From Octopus vulgaris (taxonomy: Eukaryota), in NCBI GenBank assembly GCA_951406725.2, contig OX597823.1, positions 115,630,001-115,694,000 on the forward strand: a DNA stretch of 64,000 bases. Direction: 5' to 3'. A model generated the notes under the pieces. It ran no database searches, was not told where the DNA came from, and saw only the letters and a list, made by a program, of their open reading frames with translations. Shown piece after piece: positions 1-14,151 of this stretch. The translations under genes and the position numbers were made by a program. Within the stretch, counting starts at the first letter, position 1. Each line of letters begins with the position of its first letter.

Positions 1-894
1 ACAATCTATGAATTTCTTGGGCATCAGGAAGGGCATCGAGCCATAGAACATCATGGCAAAGCAAACATTAGGTCTCAGTGCAGTCCTCTGACTCACCCAA
101 TCCTGTTAAACCATCCAGCCCATAACAGTGTGGAAGACGGATGCTAAGTGATGATGGCAAACATATAAGCTTGATTAAATATTCTCTAATTCTCCTGTCA
201 AAGTTTTCTCAATAATACTTGTTACACAAATCATCATCATCGTTTAACGTCCGTTTTCTGTGCTAGCACGGGCTGGATGGTTCGACCGGGGTCTGGGAAG
301 CCAGGAGGCTGCACCAGACTCCAGTCTGATCTGGCAGTGTTTCTACAGCTGGATGCCCTTCCTAATACCAACCACTCCGTGAGTGTAGTGGGTGCTTTTT
401 ACGTGCCAATGGCACAGGTGCTAGGGGAGGCTGGCATCAGCCACGTTCGGATGGTGCATTTTACGTGCCACCGGCAGTATGTCTTTTAAAATATTTACAA
501 TTGTATCTGAAAATCTCGCATCTATGTAATATACTTAGAGTTTCAGTGTGATGTACATGACAGAGTTAGCAGCACTTCTACTTGTTTCGGTTGTTAGGCC
601 ATGGTCATGTTGGGGCACCACCTTGCTGAATTTATTATTTTTGAAGACTGAGATGTATTCTGTCTCTTTTGCCAAACTGCTAAGTTATAGGAATGTAAAG
701 ACACCAACACCGGCTGTCAAATGGTGCAGTGGGGTACAGAACAAATGCAGACATAAAGACACACAGAGGACAGGCTTCTTTAAGTTGCTGTCTACCAAAT
801 CCACTCACAAGGCTTTGGTGGGCATGAGGCTTATAGTAGAAGACCCTTGTCAGATCAACATGCTAAACTGGTGGGAACAACATGCAGAACCACC

Positions 895-1400
895 AGGATC
901 GTAGTGATGAACCCATGTTTCATCCTGTGTGATATGTCTGCCAAAAAAAGTCCTCCTCGTTTTCTTGGTACATTACCAAAAGAGCCTGGGAGCAATTGAC
1001 TCATTCCTGCTTCTGAAAATCTGTGAGCATCTGAGGAATCCATCTAAGGAATCCAACTTCTGCATGTGCAAATGGTCGTGAATGAGTTTTTCCCTGGACC
1101 CTACACTTACCTTCACTTCTTGAGCTAGTTGCCGAATAGATATGCAGTGATCCTCCAAAATGGCAGCTTCCACTCTATGAATGGTGTTGTCATCAATGGT
1201 AGAATGTGGTCATCCAGGAATAGGAGCAGTTTCCACCAATGTCTGACCACATTTGAACTGGCAACACCAGCGCTGGACTATCTGGTATGAGGCTGCATCA
1301 TTACCATAAACTTGTTTCATCTCATCAAAAATCTCTTTTGGTGTTCAAACTTTCAAATATAGGAACCTGCTCACTGATCTGCATCCAACAGCCTTCATTA
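895..1400 (-). mobile_element. Mariner transposase fragment (N-terminal HTH to first catalytic D)
   Basis: Minus-strand translations TPKEIFDEMKQVYG, ISIRQLAQEVKVSVGS and HITQDETWVHHYDPG; frameshifted. Confidence 0.85.
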
Positions 1401-1922
1401 TAACACCTTAGTCTACTTCAGCAGGTGGTTAGGGCAGCAGACTCGTGGTCGTAGGATCGCAGTTTCGATTCCCAGACTGGGCGTTGTGAGTGTTTATTGA
1501 GCGAAAACACCTAAAAGCTCCATGAGGCTCTGGTAGGGGTTGGTAGCGATCCCTGCTGTACTCTTTTGCTGCAACTTACTCTCTCGCATTCTTCTGTTGG
1601 CCTGCTTGTTTAGCCAGTGGGGTGGCATCATTTGAAGGCTAAAACAATGTGAAGTGCATTGTGACCAGCGATGTGTAGCAACATCTGATAGCCTGGTCAG
1701 TCACGTGATCACGTGATATATATATATATATATATATAGCATTATATATTGACTGTTAAGTTTGCATATAGTATTATATAGTGCTGTGTACTGAGTGCTT
1801 GGTTGACGTATAGCTTTGTATGTTGGCTGTTAGATTAATAATCACAAGTATATACATGCATATACTACTGTTTATGGTTGATTCATTGGTACATAGTATT
1901 GTATATTGACTGTTTTTTATTT

Positions 1923-2282
1923 GCATTATTTACATTCGACAGATATTTGATCTCATCTTGTTTGTTGTTAACACAACATTTCAGCTGATCTACCCTCCAG
2001 CCTTCTTCAGGTGTCTAAGGTATTTTTCAATGTTATTATTATTATTGTCGTCGTCGTTGTGGTGCTTATATGGCGTAGTGACCTGAACAATAATAATAAT
2101 GATAATAACATCGAAAAATACCTTAGGAATGAGAACCCAGGTTCGAAATTTCCCCAAGACACCTAAAGAAGGCTGGAGGGTATATCAGCCAAATCGTTGT
2201 ATTAACAACTAACAAGATGAGGACAAATATCCGTCAAATGTAAATACTGTAAATAATTCCTCATCTCTTCAATATAGAACTG
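1923..2282. mobile_element. Internally deleted copy of the same palindromic hammerhead element
   Basis: 1923-2045 is the reverse complement of parts of 2085-2250. It shares the terminus AATTCCTCATCTCTT-AATATAGAACTG with 14566-14595 (reverse complement). Confidence 0.8.
1970..2015 (-). ncRNA. Hammerhead motif (GACAC/GGCTG family)
   Basis: Minus strand GACAC-CTGAAGA-A-GGCTG(GAGGGTAGAT)CAGCT-GAAAT-GTT-GTGTT. A more decayed mirror copy is at ~2158-2203 (+). Confidence 0.7.
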
Positions 2283-3308
2283 AATTGACTGTTTTCGTTT
2301 TAATTTTTCAGTATTGTATAGGGGAGGCATGCTCTTGACCTATTACAAGTCTCGTAAATAGCTGGAAGGGAGACAGAAAGGTATCTTCATGTTGAGCGTA
2401 GCTGAATTGCTTGTAGCAGAGAGGACTCTGCTAAAAGCACCCAAGGTGCCAAGTGGTGGTACTGGTGTTAAAGAGGGTGGTTGGTAAGCCATGGTTGGAT
2501 TTCAGCCCAGAACACGAAGAGCAAGAAAAAATATTGGAAGGTGTCTGATATTTTCATAGTTCTATAAATGCATCTCCTTAGTTTGGTACATTTCATAATT
2601 GATGGTGAAGGGCAAAGTTTGATTTTATTAGAATTTGGACCCTGAGTTCTGAGAACAATAACAAGAACAAATATCATGAAGTGACCTATCCAATACTTTG
2701 TCCTTGCCAATTCTCCACCAGAGGACAAACACAAAGACACACACATACATGTATGCATGCTTCTTTCAGTTTACATCTACCAAACCCACTCACAAGGCTT
2801 TGGTCAGCCTGGGGTTGTAGATGAAAATATTTTACTTAAGGTGTCATGCAGTGGGACTGAACCCAAGACCACATGATTGGGAATGAAGCTTCTTAACTAC
2901 ACGGCCATGAGAGCACACACTCTCCCACCCTGATGTAATCTCCAGGGATGCAGGCATCCAGCAACAGGACCTCTGTAATGCTATAATGGACCATGAAGTC
3001 TGGCATAGCATAGTAAATTCCATTGTCTCGACCACGGTCGAACACTAATGGTGATGATGAGCAAAAATAACAAACTCAATAAAAGACACCAAAGACTTGT
3101 TTGTATTCTTTAAATCTAGCTTTGTCCAGTTCTACGGACATTAGCCATGCAACACAGTTCACAGCTGGTGGCAGCGAAAATGCTGTCTCTTATTCAATTC
3201 TTTAGATCTCCTAATATCCTCAGTTTTACATGCAGGGCAAAATTGTGTTGCATAGTTTTACCGTTCCACTTATAGATTGCATTTGTAATGTGGAAATTGG
3301 TTGATGTA

Positions 3309-3344
<36 letters not shown>

Positions 3345-4589
3345 CACAGGCACATACAATAAATATCACAGCTGTAATGATGCAATGATGTTAATATTTT
3401 AAAGTTTGTATTTGAGAATTTGTGTACTAAAATGACTTGAGATAATTTGTCTAATTATATATGTAATTATATCTTTAAATCAAGATGAATTTGCTTTTTT
3501 TTATTTGTATGGTATTTGAATTGTGCATACAAATGGAGACTGTACTGTACTACAATACTGAAGATTAATATTTTGAAATTTTCAAAATACTGTGATGTTT
3601 TAAGAAATATTTCCTGGAGGATATTTTTCTTTAGATGAAAATTCTGTTACATATTTTATCTTCAGTTTTAAAAAAAAAATCTACTAAAATGGAATGAAGG
3701 TAAAAAAAAAAGATAAAATAAACAGAAAATAGAACAATTGTAGATTTTATTAAATGTGAGATTATTTTATTTTTTAAGCTGTTCAATTTATTAAAATACA
3801 TTTTAAATATTCAAAGTGTCCCTTACAGGAATATATATTTGAGGGTTTTATTCGCAATAGTTATATATTAAATTTCTGTTTTTCTTTGATTGTTTGTAAC
3901 ATTTTAGCAAGCAATTCTCATATCTTGTTCTGCTGTTCCTCTTTAACAGATTTATGAAATTTTTTTTATTATTTCAGTCAAACCTTGCTAAGTGTTTCTT
4001 CGAATGTAATTTTTCTCTTTTGCTTTCTAGGAAAATTATAGCTTGTTTGTGACTAAGGAGATTAATAAACAGCTTAAAATGAATAGATTTCTTCTTGAAT
4101 TCAGGATTTTAGTATTATTTATCTGCAGTGTTTATTCCAGTGTGGTAATACTTTAGTAAAATTAATTTTCAACTATTATTAGTGTTATATATATGTATTG
4201 TGGTGCTAGGAAGTCACTGTACACTCATACTTTCTGTGACTAATGGCACAGAACAGTCATTGTGAATTGCTCCAAAACTTAGCCACATTCATGCATTTAT
4301 TTTGTAAGATTCCTGGGTGAAATTGTGTCTTGAAACAGATATTATTATATTTCGAGATGGTCGTTTTTATATTTTGCCAAATATACACAGGCACTATATA
4401 TTTGTTTTTTCCTTCAGATATATTACTGTCCTTGTTTTATGTTCTTTGTCTTGTGACCTCTTCAGTGACTCTCCATCCCATGTGTCACTTCCCGTTCTAT
4501 TTAGCCCATTCTGTCTTTGTTATAGAAAGATGACCATCTAATAGAAAAATGATCATTCTGAAATATAACAATGCTCTAAAACTGCTATC

Positions 4590-5760
4590 AGTCCTTTGAA
4601 ATGGTTTACTGATCAGTTGTCATCTTTTCCATGGCGCTCAGAATCCAGAGGTTAGCTTTCACCACTTCATCTCATATCTTCTTGGCTCTCCCTCATTCAC
4701 AGCTTCTTCTTGTTGTTTTTGAGTCAGCATTCACACGGGGTGGGTTGAGCTGGCTTCATTCATCCTCAATGCTGCCTCTCTCACAAATGCTGACCAGGCC
4801 TGGCGATTTGTGGCTAATGACAGCGTGATTTCCAACCACTCCTTATTCCAGTGGCAAACGCCATAGACATGGGGGCCTAGGTTGGGTTCCATGTCAGCCT
4901 TGATTGTCATCAGCCAGGTTTTTCATTGTCCACCACATCGTTTTCACCATCCCTGAAGGGGAGCTGGGGCAATTGTTTCGTAGATGAGTTCTCCTGGTTG
5001 ACGACAGGGGGCATGACCCAGCCAATGCAAATGTCTCGTTAGGATGACTTGTCGGAGGGAGGTGATTCTACACTAGTGTCACACCGAATTGCTGGAGACA
5101 AAGTGATGCCATGAAGGATGCAGCATAGACAGGGGTGATCGAAGGACTCTAGTCACTTAATATCTTCCACCCTCATCGGCCATGACTCGCTGCTGTAAAG
5201 GAGAATCATTGGTAGATCCGTACTTTGGTGATGCTTCCAACCGCATTACATTTATGGCTCTTCTTCATGCAGCTCTCCTCATCCATATGCATCACATATC
5301 CATACCAGTACAGTCTTTTTTCTGGCATACAACACCCGATACCCCTTATGCCCAGTTTTTCACTCATCACCTTTGTACTATGTTTCTCATGCATGCTGAC
5401 ATGGCAAATCCCACAGAGCAAACTCACTTTATCTTCTTCCAGTTTTCTCATGCCTTCTGCATTTAACCCTTTCGTTACCGACCCAGCTGAAACTGCCTCT
5501 AGCTCTGTTGTACAAATGTCTTGTTTTCATAAGTTTTGAATTAAAATCTTCCACCAAACATTAGTCACAATTTATGCTCCTAACACTAGCTTAATGATAA
5601 CTAAGTTATTTTACTAAATTCTTTGTTATATTTAAAGTAATTGAAAGAAACACAGAGCATCTCAAAATAAATACAGTAATGAAAGGGTTAAAGCCCATGT
5701 ATGAGGACCATACAACATTGCAATTCTAATACAAGTGTTATACAAAGTATGACTATAAGT
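4590..5760 (-). mobile_element. RTE-like LINE 3' fragments
   Basis: Minus-strand translation EKLGIRGIGCCMPEKRLYWYGYVMHMDEESCMKK, plus an adjacent RKTWLMTIKAD-type segment. Confidence 0.65.
5467..5687. mobile_element. piggyBac-like TTAA MITE (~220 bp)
   Basis: TTAA-CCCTTTCGTTAC...GTAATGAAAGGG-TTAA, inserted in an RTE fragment. Confidence 0.85.
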
Positions 5761-6557
5761 ATATAATTTTTAATATACCTCCTCATTTTTCTTTAAGGAC
5801 AATAGGATTTGATTTGTGAGATTTAGCTACTATATCTAGCATGACCAGCAATAGACTTTCTCATTTGTTGTTTCTTAATCCCAGATCAGCTTTGATTGAG
5901 CAAACTCATGATCAAAAGCATTCTGGTAATAGCCATTCTGACTATATTCATCAAGGACTCCACTATTCATTGTAGCCTTCTTTTTTCTTTTTTAAGACAA
6001 TAGGATGTGATTTAGATGAAATTTAGTCGCTATTTCGTGCAAGCTAAGCAACTATGTGTTGTAGCTATTTTCTACCGTAACAACTCCATGATTGTTATCA
6101 CCATATTAAGTAATGAAGCAGATGTACTAATCACCTAAAATATAAATAAAGCCTCAAATTATACTCAAATTTTGTATTCACTTTTGTTAACTAGTAAGTG
6201 AAATCAAGGTAACAACCAATTTACCACTGATTATAATGGAATCTCATTATGGTTAATTATAATGAAGTATCCTTATTCTTAATTACAATGACATCTTTAC
6301 TCTTAATTAGAGACAATACTTTTAGAAGTTCATAGTAGAAAATCTGGTTCATTCTAAGAATATCGGTTAATCTTGCTTCCCTCACCCTACTCCCTCATTT
6401 CTATAGATATATTATATATTTGTATTTACTATGTATATATATATATTCTCAACCACATGGTTCCGGTTTCAGTCCCACTGCTTTGCACCTTGGGCAAGTG
6501 TTTTCTACTATAGCTGTGGACCAGCCGAAGCAATTTAGCTAGCAAGATCATGCTACA

Positions 6558-6598
6558 CCAGACTGATGAAGAGCAACAACCCTAGAACTAGTCTCTGG
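6558..6598 (+). ncRNA. Degenerate minimal type I hammerhead motif
   Basis: CCAGA-CTGATGA-AGAGCAACAACCCT-AGAAC-TA-GTC-TCTGG. 5-bp stem I CCAGA/TCTGG, palindromic ACTAGT stem III, GUC triplet; the GAAA box is damaged. Confidence 0.65.
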
Positions 6599-7310
6599 AT
6601 GCTGGCTTTGTTGGGTGGAGGTGCTTATCTCCCCTGTTTGAAAGTTTAAGGACACAACACTTGTGTCATGTAGCCAACTAGAAACGGTGTTTCTTGGGGC
6701 TAAATAGCAGTAGCATTCTTCCCTTTCCTGAGACTGCCACATTAAGTTGGCAACAAACCATCACTTTATATACATACATACATATATACATCATCATCAT
6801 CGTTTAACATCTGTTTTCCATGCTGGCATGGGTTGGACGGTTCGACCAGGGTCTGAGAAGCCAGAAGGCTGCACCAGGCTCCAGTCTGATCTGGCAGTGT
6901 TTCTACAGCTGGATGCCTTTCCTAATGCCAACCACTCTGTGAGTGTAGTGGGTGCTTTTTACGTGCCACCGGCACAGGTATCACAACTACAATTTCCATT
7001 TGATTTTTTGATGTTGATGTACTTGACTCAATAGGTCTCCTCAAGTACAGCGTATGTATATATATATATATATCATCACCATCATCCTTTAACATCCGCT
7101 TTCTATGCTAGCTTGAGTTGGATGATTTGACTGAGGACTGGTGAACCAGATGGCTGCACCAGGCTCCAATCTGATCTGGCAGGGCTGCCACAGCCGGATG
7201 CCCTTCCTAACGCCAACCACTCAGAGAGTGCAGTGGGTGCTTTTATGTGCCACCTGCACGAGGGCCAGTCTGGCAGTACTGGCTACGGCCACACTCGTAC
7301 ACATACATGC

Positions 7311-7352
<42 letters not shown>

Positions 7353-8274
7353 ATATATATGACAAGCTGCATCTGCCATTTCCAATCTTCCGTGAGAACA
7401 TGTCTGTCTCTATGCCTGTATGTATGTATGTATGCATTTTTGAATATTGTCATTTATGAATGCTACAACACTTAAAGTCGGAAGTGAGCTGGCCAAACTG
7501 CTACAGCACTTGACAAAATGCTTAGCAGCATTTTTTCCCAACTTTACAATCTGAGTTCAAATCCTGTTGCGACCAGCTTTACCTTTCATGTTTTCAGAGT
7601 CAATAAAATAAATACCAGCCAAGCACTGAGGGTCACTTTAATTGACAGCCCCCTCTTCCATGAGTTCAGTCCGTGAGCCAATAGTGGAAAGAATTTTTAA
7701 ATGCCATAATCTCAAAATATATCTGTGTGACAGTAAACTTCATCTGCTTACACATACAAAATCAGTTTATTGTAATAATAAGCAATACTAGCGTGTAAGT
7801 TTGTGCAACAATATTTCATTACACATTTTAATTTCCAGACCAAATATTTGATTTGTTATACAGTTAAATTGAAACATTCAACTACAGAGCAAATAATTAC
7901 AAGATTGTACTCGACTAAGATAAAAATCCCAATTCCTAGTAATTTAGATATTTAAAACCTGTTAGGATGAGAGAAGCTCAAAGATGATATCTCGTTTTCA
8001 ACAATAGAGTTTTCATCACTTTGCTCATGGTGATATTTTAGTTTGAATCTATGCACATGTGTGTGTGCGTTTATATATATATATATATATATGTAACACC
8101 AGCAGTGAGAAATAATATTTAATAATAACAGTAAACCTGAGAACAAGCGTTTCCCATCCATATGGTTCTGGTTTCAGTTCTACTGCATAGAACCTTGGAT
8201 AGGTGCCTACTATAACTCTGGGCTGAGCAAAACCTTGCAGGTGGATTTAGTTTACAGGAACTGAAAGAAGCCTG

Positions 8275-8313
<39 letters not shown>

Positions 8314-8319
8314 CCACAT

Positions 8320-8782
8320 CGATAGGAAAGCTTTCTTTTTTCTGTCGATGGCTTCCATGCCCCTTTATTAGACTATTTTCATTAGTCATCGCACGGTGAT
8401 TGCCATAAGCTTCAAGTTTATATAAAAATAACATTATTATTATTTGCAGGATTGTAAAATACGGCTCCGTATAAAAAGTCATATGGAAAGTTTGTTTGCA
8501 CAGAATAAATGCAAACTAAAATAGTTCTTAAATTTGACAGAAACAGGGAGGCTAATTCACTGGTGTAAGGGTAACACACTTAATCACATTAACAAAGGGA
8601 TGTGGGTTTGTGTCCCATGAGAATAGGAAAGCCTTCTTTTTTCTTTTGAGGGCTTATAGGCCCCTTTATTAGACTATTTTCCTTTGTTATTGCACAGTGA
8701 TCGTCATAAGCTTCAAGTTTACATAAAAATACTATTATTATTATTTACAGGTTTGTAAAATACGGTACCATATAAAAAATCA
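8320..8782. repeat. Diverged direct repeat pair (~160 bp each) bounded by (TA)n
   Basis: 8322-8482 and 8623-8782 share ATAGGAAAGC...CCCCTTTATTAGACTATTTTC...CATAAGCTTCAAGTTTA...TGTAAAATACGG...TCAT. Confidence 0.8.
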
Positions 8783-11097
8783 TTCGCATATATATATTAT
8801 CATCATCATCATCACGATCAGTTAACATCCATTTTCCATACTGGAATGGGTTGGATGGTTTGACAGGATCTGGTAAATTGTATGGCCACATTAAGTTCAG
8901 ATTTCAGCTTCAGCACGATTTCCATGGCTTGATGCCCTTCCTCATGCCCTCTCTCCCACAACATTTCATTTCTTTCTGATACACTTTCTAGCAATCCAGA
9001 ACGCCTCACATCCCTAATCCTGAAGCTGTAAGACATTGGAAAACCCCTTTCTTGTTGCTTCTGCTCTTGATTAGTAATCCTGTCGACTAGCTTTCCTTCT
9101 ACCTATCTGATGTAGCTCTTTGCTGCCTCTATTTTGCCAGTCCTTCCAAGCCCATCACTTCAGCTTTAAGGCCCTGTCTACCTCACTTATTTCGTTACTG
9201 TCCACAAGGGGCTAAACACAGAGAAGACAAACAAGGACAGACAAATGGATTAAGTCGATTACATCGACCCCAGTGCATAACTGGTATTTATTTAATCAGC
9301 CCCGAAAGGATGAAAGGCAAAGTTGACCTCGACAGAATTTGAACTCAGAACACAGCGGCAGACGAAATACCGCTAAGCATTTCGCCTGGCGTGCTAACGT
9401 TTCTGCCAGCTTGCCGCCTTCTCTCTCTTTCTTCCTTGTCTACCTCATTGTTCCACCACCATGTCACCCTGAGTCTGGCTGAAACTTTGTCCCAGCCACA
9501 GATTTGATCTGTAGCCTTCAGTGGATTGCCCTCTATGTTATACATAACTATCTCCTCTTCTTCTTGTCAAATGCTTTACTCAGAACATTTACGAAGCTCT
9601 GACTGTAAGTCTCCATATCTTCCTTTTCTAAACTGTATTGTGTCTCTGAGGTTATCTAGCCCTAAGTTTGAAGTCTGAATCAGGCATTTCGAATATTCTG
9701 CAAGAACATGTCTGGCCATGGGCAAATATTAGTTTACTTGAAACAGGTGAGGGTTGATGACGGGAAGGACATTCATTCAGTTGTAGAAAATCTGCTGCAA
9801 ATAAACCTTGCCCAACCCATGTAAGCATGGAAGAGCAGAGTTATCTGATGATGATGGTATTAGCAGTGATGTTGTTGTTGCTGTTGTTGTTGTTGTTGTT
9901 GTTGAGCGAACAGTCTTCGTCCCAGAGCTCGCAAGATGGGAGAAGTCCGAAACGTGGTCCTTTGCTATTCGTAATACTCCCAGAAGAGAAAGCAGGTCAA
10001 CCCCCGACACCGAGAGCATCAACGGATGGATGAATGCGCATCCAGGCTCAGCGGTTGCGTAGGAAGTCGGGGACAAGAAACAGGAAGAAAGAGTGAGAGA
10101 AAGTTGGAGCGGAAGAGTACAACAGGGGTCGCCATCACCCCCTGCCAGAGCCATGTGGAGCTTTAGGTGTTTTTGCTCAATAGACACATACAACGCCTGG
10201 TCTGGGAATCGAAATCACGATCCTCCGACCGTGAGTCCGCTGCCCTAACCATTGGGCCATTGCACCTCCACTGTTGTTGCTGCTGTTGGTTGTTGTTGTT
10301 GTTGAGCAACAAGACAGGTAAGGGTGATTAGGTGATAGTCTAGAGCTTAGGGGCGGGAGACCCCAGACCTTGGGAAAAAAAACTTTGGTCGTCTTGTTGT
10401 AGTTGAGGGCTCTTCGTTGACACCCAACACCACTGGGAGGTGGCCCTGGAAGTCACTGGAAATGGAGATCTCCAGGTCCAAATTCTCAAACGGCTGCTGC
10501 TGTTGGTGGTGGTGCTGGTGGTGGTGAATGTGGTGGTGATGATGATGATGATTATGATGATACGTGTTGAGTATTATTGCTACAAGCAAAATCATCATAT
10601 AAATAATTTCTTTTGATGAGGATGCAAATGCAAATTTTTGAAGGGAAGAGTATCTTTAATTCCTTTTAACTGTAATTAATTGGTAGTGATAATTATTCTG
10701 ACTCTTTCCATCATACCACATTGCTGCTTCGAACTTCTCATGCCTTATCTCTTATATGTCTCCATATGTGTGTGTGTGTAGCCTGATTTACTAATGATAT
10801 TTCAGTTAACACCTCTTAGAGATCACAGGCTATTTATAACTCCTTTTCTTTTTAAATGATAAACAGAGGTATTTTACAAGAGACTAACATGTTTATTATA
10901 TTGATATGAAAGAGTATTGTCTTATATTTCACTCTGCAGAACTGAGCTGCAGACACAGAAACTAAATCCTACGTTTTCTATGGAAAATGTCAATGACTTT
11001 TATTGATAATTAAAAATACTAAACACTCGTAATCTCTAACATGAGGACTGTTTCAAATAAACATTTGCACAAATTAAGGAACTATTGATAAATATTT

Positions 11098-11320
11098 GTC
11101 CTCCTCTTCATCCACATCCTCCTCCTCCTTGTCCTCCTCGTCATTGTTCTCCTCCTCCCCCTCCTCATCCTTCCTCTCATCATCCTTTCCCTCCCCCTCC
11201 TCATCCTCCTCATCCTCCTTCTCCTCCTCGTCCTCCCCTCCTCGTCCTCGTCCTCCCCTTCTCCTTCTGTCCTCCTCCTCCTCTGCCTCATCATCAGCCT
11301 CCTCCTCATCATCATCACTA
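11098..11320. repeat. (CCT/CAT)n polypyrimidine low-complexity tract
   Basis: Direct reading. Confidence 0.9.
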
Positions 11321-11329
11321 TCAGTGTAA

Positions 11330-11550
11330 CCCTTTCGTTACTGTATTTATTTTGAGATGCTCTGTATCTCTTTCAATTACTTTAAATATAACAAAGAATT
11401 CAGTAACATAACTTAGTTATCATTAAGCTAGTGTTAGGAACATAAATTGTGATTAAGGTTTGGTGGAAGATTTTAATTCAAAACTTATGCAGACAAGACA
11501 TTTATACTACAGAACCAGTGGTGGTCTCAGCCGGGTTGGTAATGAAAGGG
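11330..11550. mobile_element. piggyBac-like TTAA MITE, copy 2 (opposite orientation)
   Basis: GTAA-CCCTTTCGTTAC...GTAATGAAAGGG-TTAA; interior is the reverse complement of copy 1. Confidence 0.85.
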
Positions 11551-11944
11551 TTAACATCCCCTTTTCCATGTTTGCATGGGTCACTCAGAGTTCATTGAGG
11601 TAAATTTTTTGTATAGCTCAATGCCCTTCCTGTTATCAACTTTCACCTGTTTCTGAGCAAGGTAATATTTCCCCCATAGTGAGGCATTTTTCCATGGAAC
11701 ACCTGAAATGAGGGACATCACACGGTTGACAATAGTGTTCATTTATCACTGTTGCATGATGTCAACATGAGGTGATGCAAATACGAACATGCACTTCTTT
11801 CTGTTTTCAAATCCACTCCCACGGCTTTGGTTAACCAGATGCTATGGCAGAAGACATCACTTGCCCAAGGTGCCACACCATGGGACTGAGTCCAAAACCA
11901 CTTGATTGGGAAATGAACTTCTTAGTCATATAGCCACACCTGTA

Positions 11945-12324
11945 CTCAAAGAAGCTTGAGAAGCAGTTGGATGGAACTTACACTCGCCTCCTTATGAGAG
12001 CTCAAATTTTCTCGTGGAAGCGCCATCCAACCAAAGTACAAATATATGGGAAATTACCACCTGTGTCACCTCTTGTGAAAGGTAGAAGAGTCCAGTTTGC
12101 TGGACATTGTTGTAGAGCTGAAAACGAGGTAATTTCTACTCTTCTCCTCTGGAAGCCATCTGCTTGCGATACCAGAGGGTGCACACTCTTCTACCCTGAT
12201 GTAATCTCCAGAGATACAGGCATCCAGCAACAGGACCTCTGTAATGCTATGATGGACCGTGAAGTCCGGCGTAACATAATAAATTCCATTGTCTCGACCA
12301 CGGTTGAACAATGATGATGATGAC
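11945..12324 (+). mobile_element. 3' end of an RTE-like LINE with (GAT)n tail
   Basis: LDGTYTRLLMRAQ...RRVQFAGHCCRAE...LLLWKP followed by a GATGATGAT tail. A shorter copy of the same 3' end is at 2925-3060. Confidence 0.75.
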
Positions 12325-14151
12325 TTATACACACACACACACACACACACACGTATAAGAGTGGTTCAATACTATTCCAGTTCCCAATCTTATCCTTCCA
12401 ATTCTCAAACTTCAAAATTTCAAAGATTAATTCTTTGTCATTACGGGTTGTGCACATCCTTTTAACATGGGCTATACATAGAACAAAACTACAAATTAGT
12501 ATTAACAAAAAGGGCTGTTATTGAAATGAACATTTACTTCTCATCCCATTATAAAATTGGAAAATATATTTCACTCAATTTTAACCAAAAATATTAACTA
12601 CTAACATTAACCACTAGGATAAAAGGAATTCTTTTTTTTTTCTGTGCATGTATGGTCAATATTTGAGTATAGTTGTGTGCCATGTTTAAAGTATAACAAC
12701 CAGAAATATTTGGCAGAAATTGTGTTTATTTATGCATTTATTGTTATTGATTTCTTTTGGGGTTTTTTTTGTATGTTCTTGTTGTTTATGCTTCTTTACA
12801 TGTTGCAACACATATCAAAACAATTTACTCCAAAAGCGAAATTTTGAAAAACAAGAAATTATTTATTTATTTATTTATTCATTTGTTGTTTAGTTCAGTA
12901 ATGAAGCAAAATTGTGATTTCCATGTTCAATAGTTTTGTGTTACCAAAACAGACTCAACTGAGAAAACAAACTATATTAAAAAAAAAACAAAAAAACAAA
13001 AACTAAAATCGAAAACCCATAATGTTTTTGTGGTTGATATATATATGTTAGATGAAAGGAATGGTGATGGTAGCAGACAAACAGACATTTAGATAGATTT
13101 GTTGGCTGATGTGTGTGAGCAATAATATTCACAGCTTTATATTCTTCATCATGCACAAACATTTAGATATACTAAAATCAAACTACAACATTCTCTCTTC
13201 CATCTGATTCAGACAAATTTCCAAAGCACACCAAAATAGTTCCATTATTGATTGTCACAATAGACTTATGATTCAGCTTTTCGTTGACATCTACTTCTAA
13301 TATACCCTGTTAGTTGAAACTCTTTGAGTCAACCTAGCTTGTCTTTGTTCCATAGCTTTTAAACAGGCTGGTTAGTAGATTAGTTACACCATTTGCTAGT
13401 ATTAATTACCCATTATCTAGTATCTATAGTAGTTTTAGAATAGTGAGACTGTATCCAAGCTTGGCATAAAAACCACTAAAATGGTTGACAACAGGAAGGG
13501 TATTGAGCAATAAAACACTATCTTAAAAAAGTCTCTCCAACCCATACCATCATGGAAAGAAAGAATTAGCTGTAACATAATAAAGAAAATAATGATATCA
13601 TTCTAATTATCATTCTACACTTCACACGGTGAACCATTGTAATATAGCGTGTACAGCGTGTTTCTACGGTAAAAGGAATCTTAAGCTGGCCTCTTGGTTG
13701 TTTGTTTGGTGATAATACAACATAAGTCACATGAAGCACGGTTGATCAGACTTTACCAAGCTCTTATATTTATCCAATAATATAATACAGCTTTATCCAT
13801 TATTCCATTCTTGGTGATATTTTCTAGAATACAAAAATTGATTAAAAAAAAATATTTTTAAAATATTGAACCAATGTTTATCTGTTTTTTCAACTTGAAA
13901 TCACGTTCATATTTAAGTTAGATGTTTATATTTCCTCTCTCGTTTGTTCCCAGGGGGGGGGGGAGAATCAGGTAACAACAGTGCACCACCATTCTCTTTC
14001 AGAATCTATTTGTTTGTGTGTTTTCTTTATTGTTTATTTTTCATTTTCCATTTTGGAATCGGGTTTAAAGAGTAAAGTGGAGTTTGATTTGAAGAAGCTA
14101 AAATTACGAAATATATACTAGCAACAGAGGCAGTCTTTATACAGAAAGGTA

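Noticed and set aside
4880-4925. CTGATGA on the minus strand (similar isolated hits at ~9845, 44047, 57784)
   Set aside because: No stem II plus GAAA plus stem I arrangement; these are LINE coding remnant, (GAT)n tail or chance.
11082-11411. Pro/His-, Ser- and Arg-rich ORFs
   Set aside because: A (CCT/CAT)n low-complexity tract.
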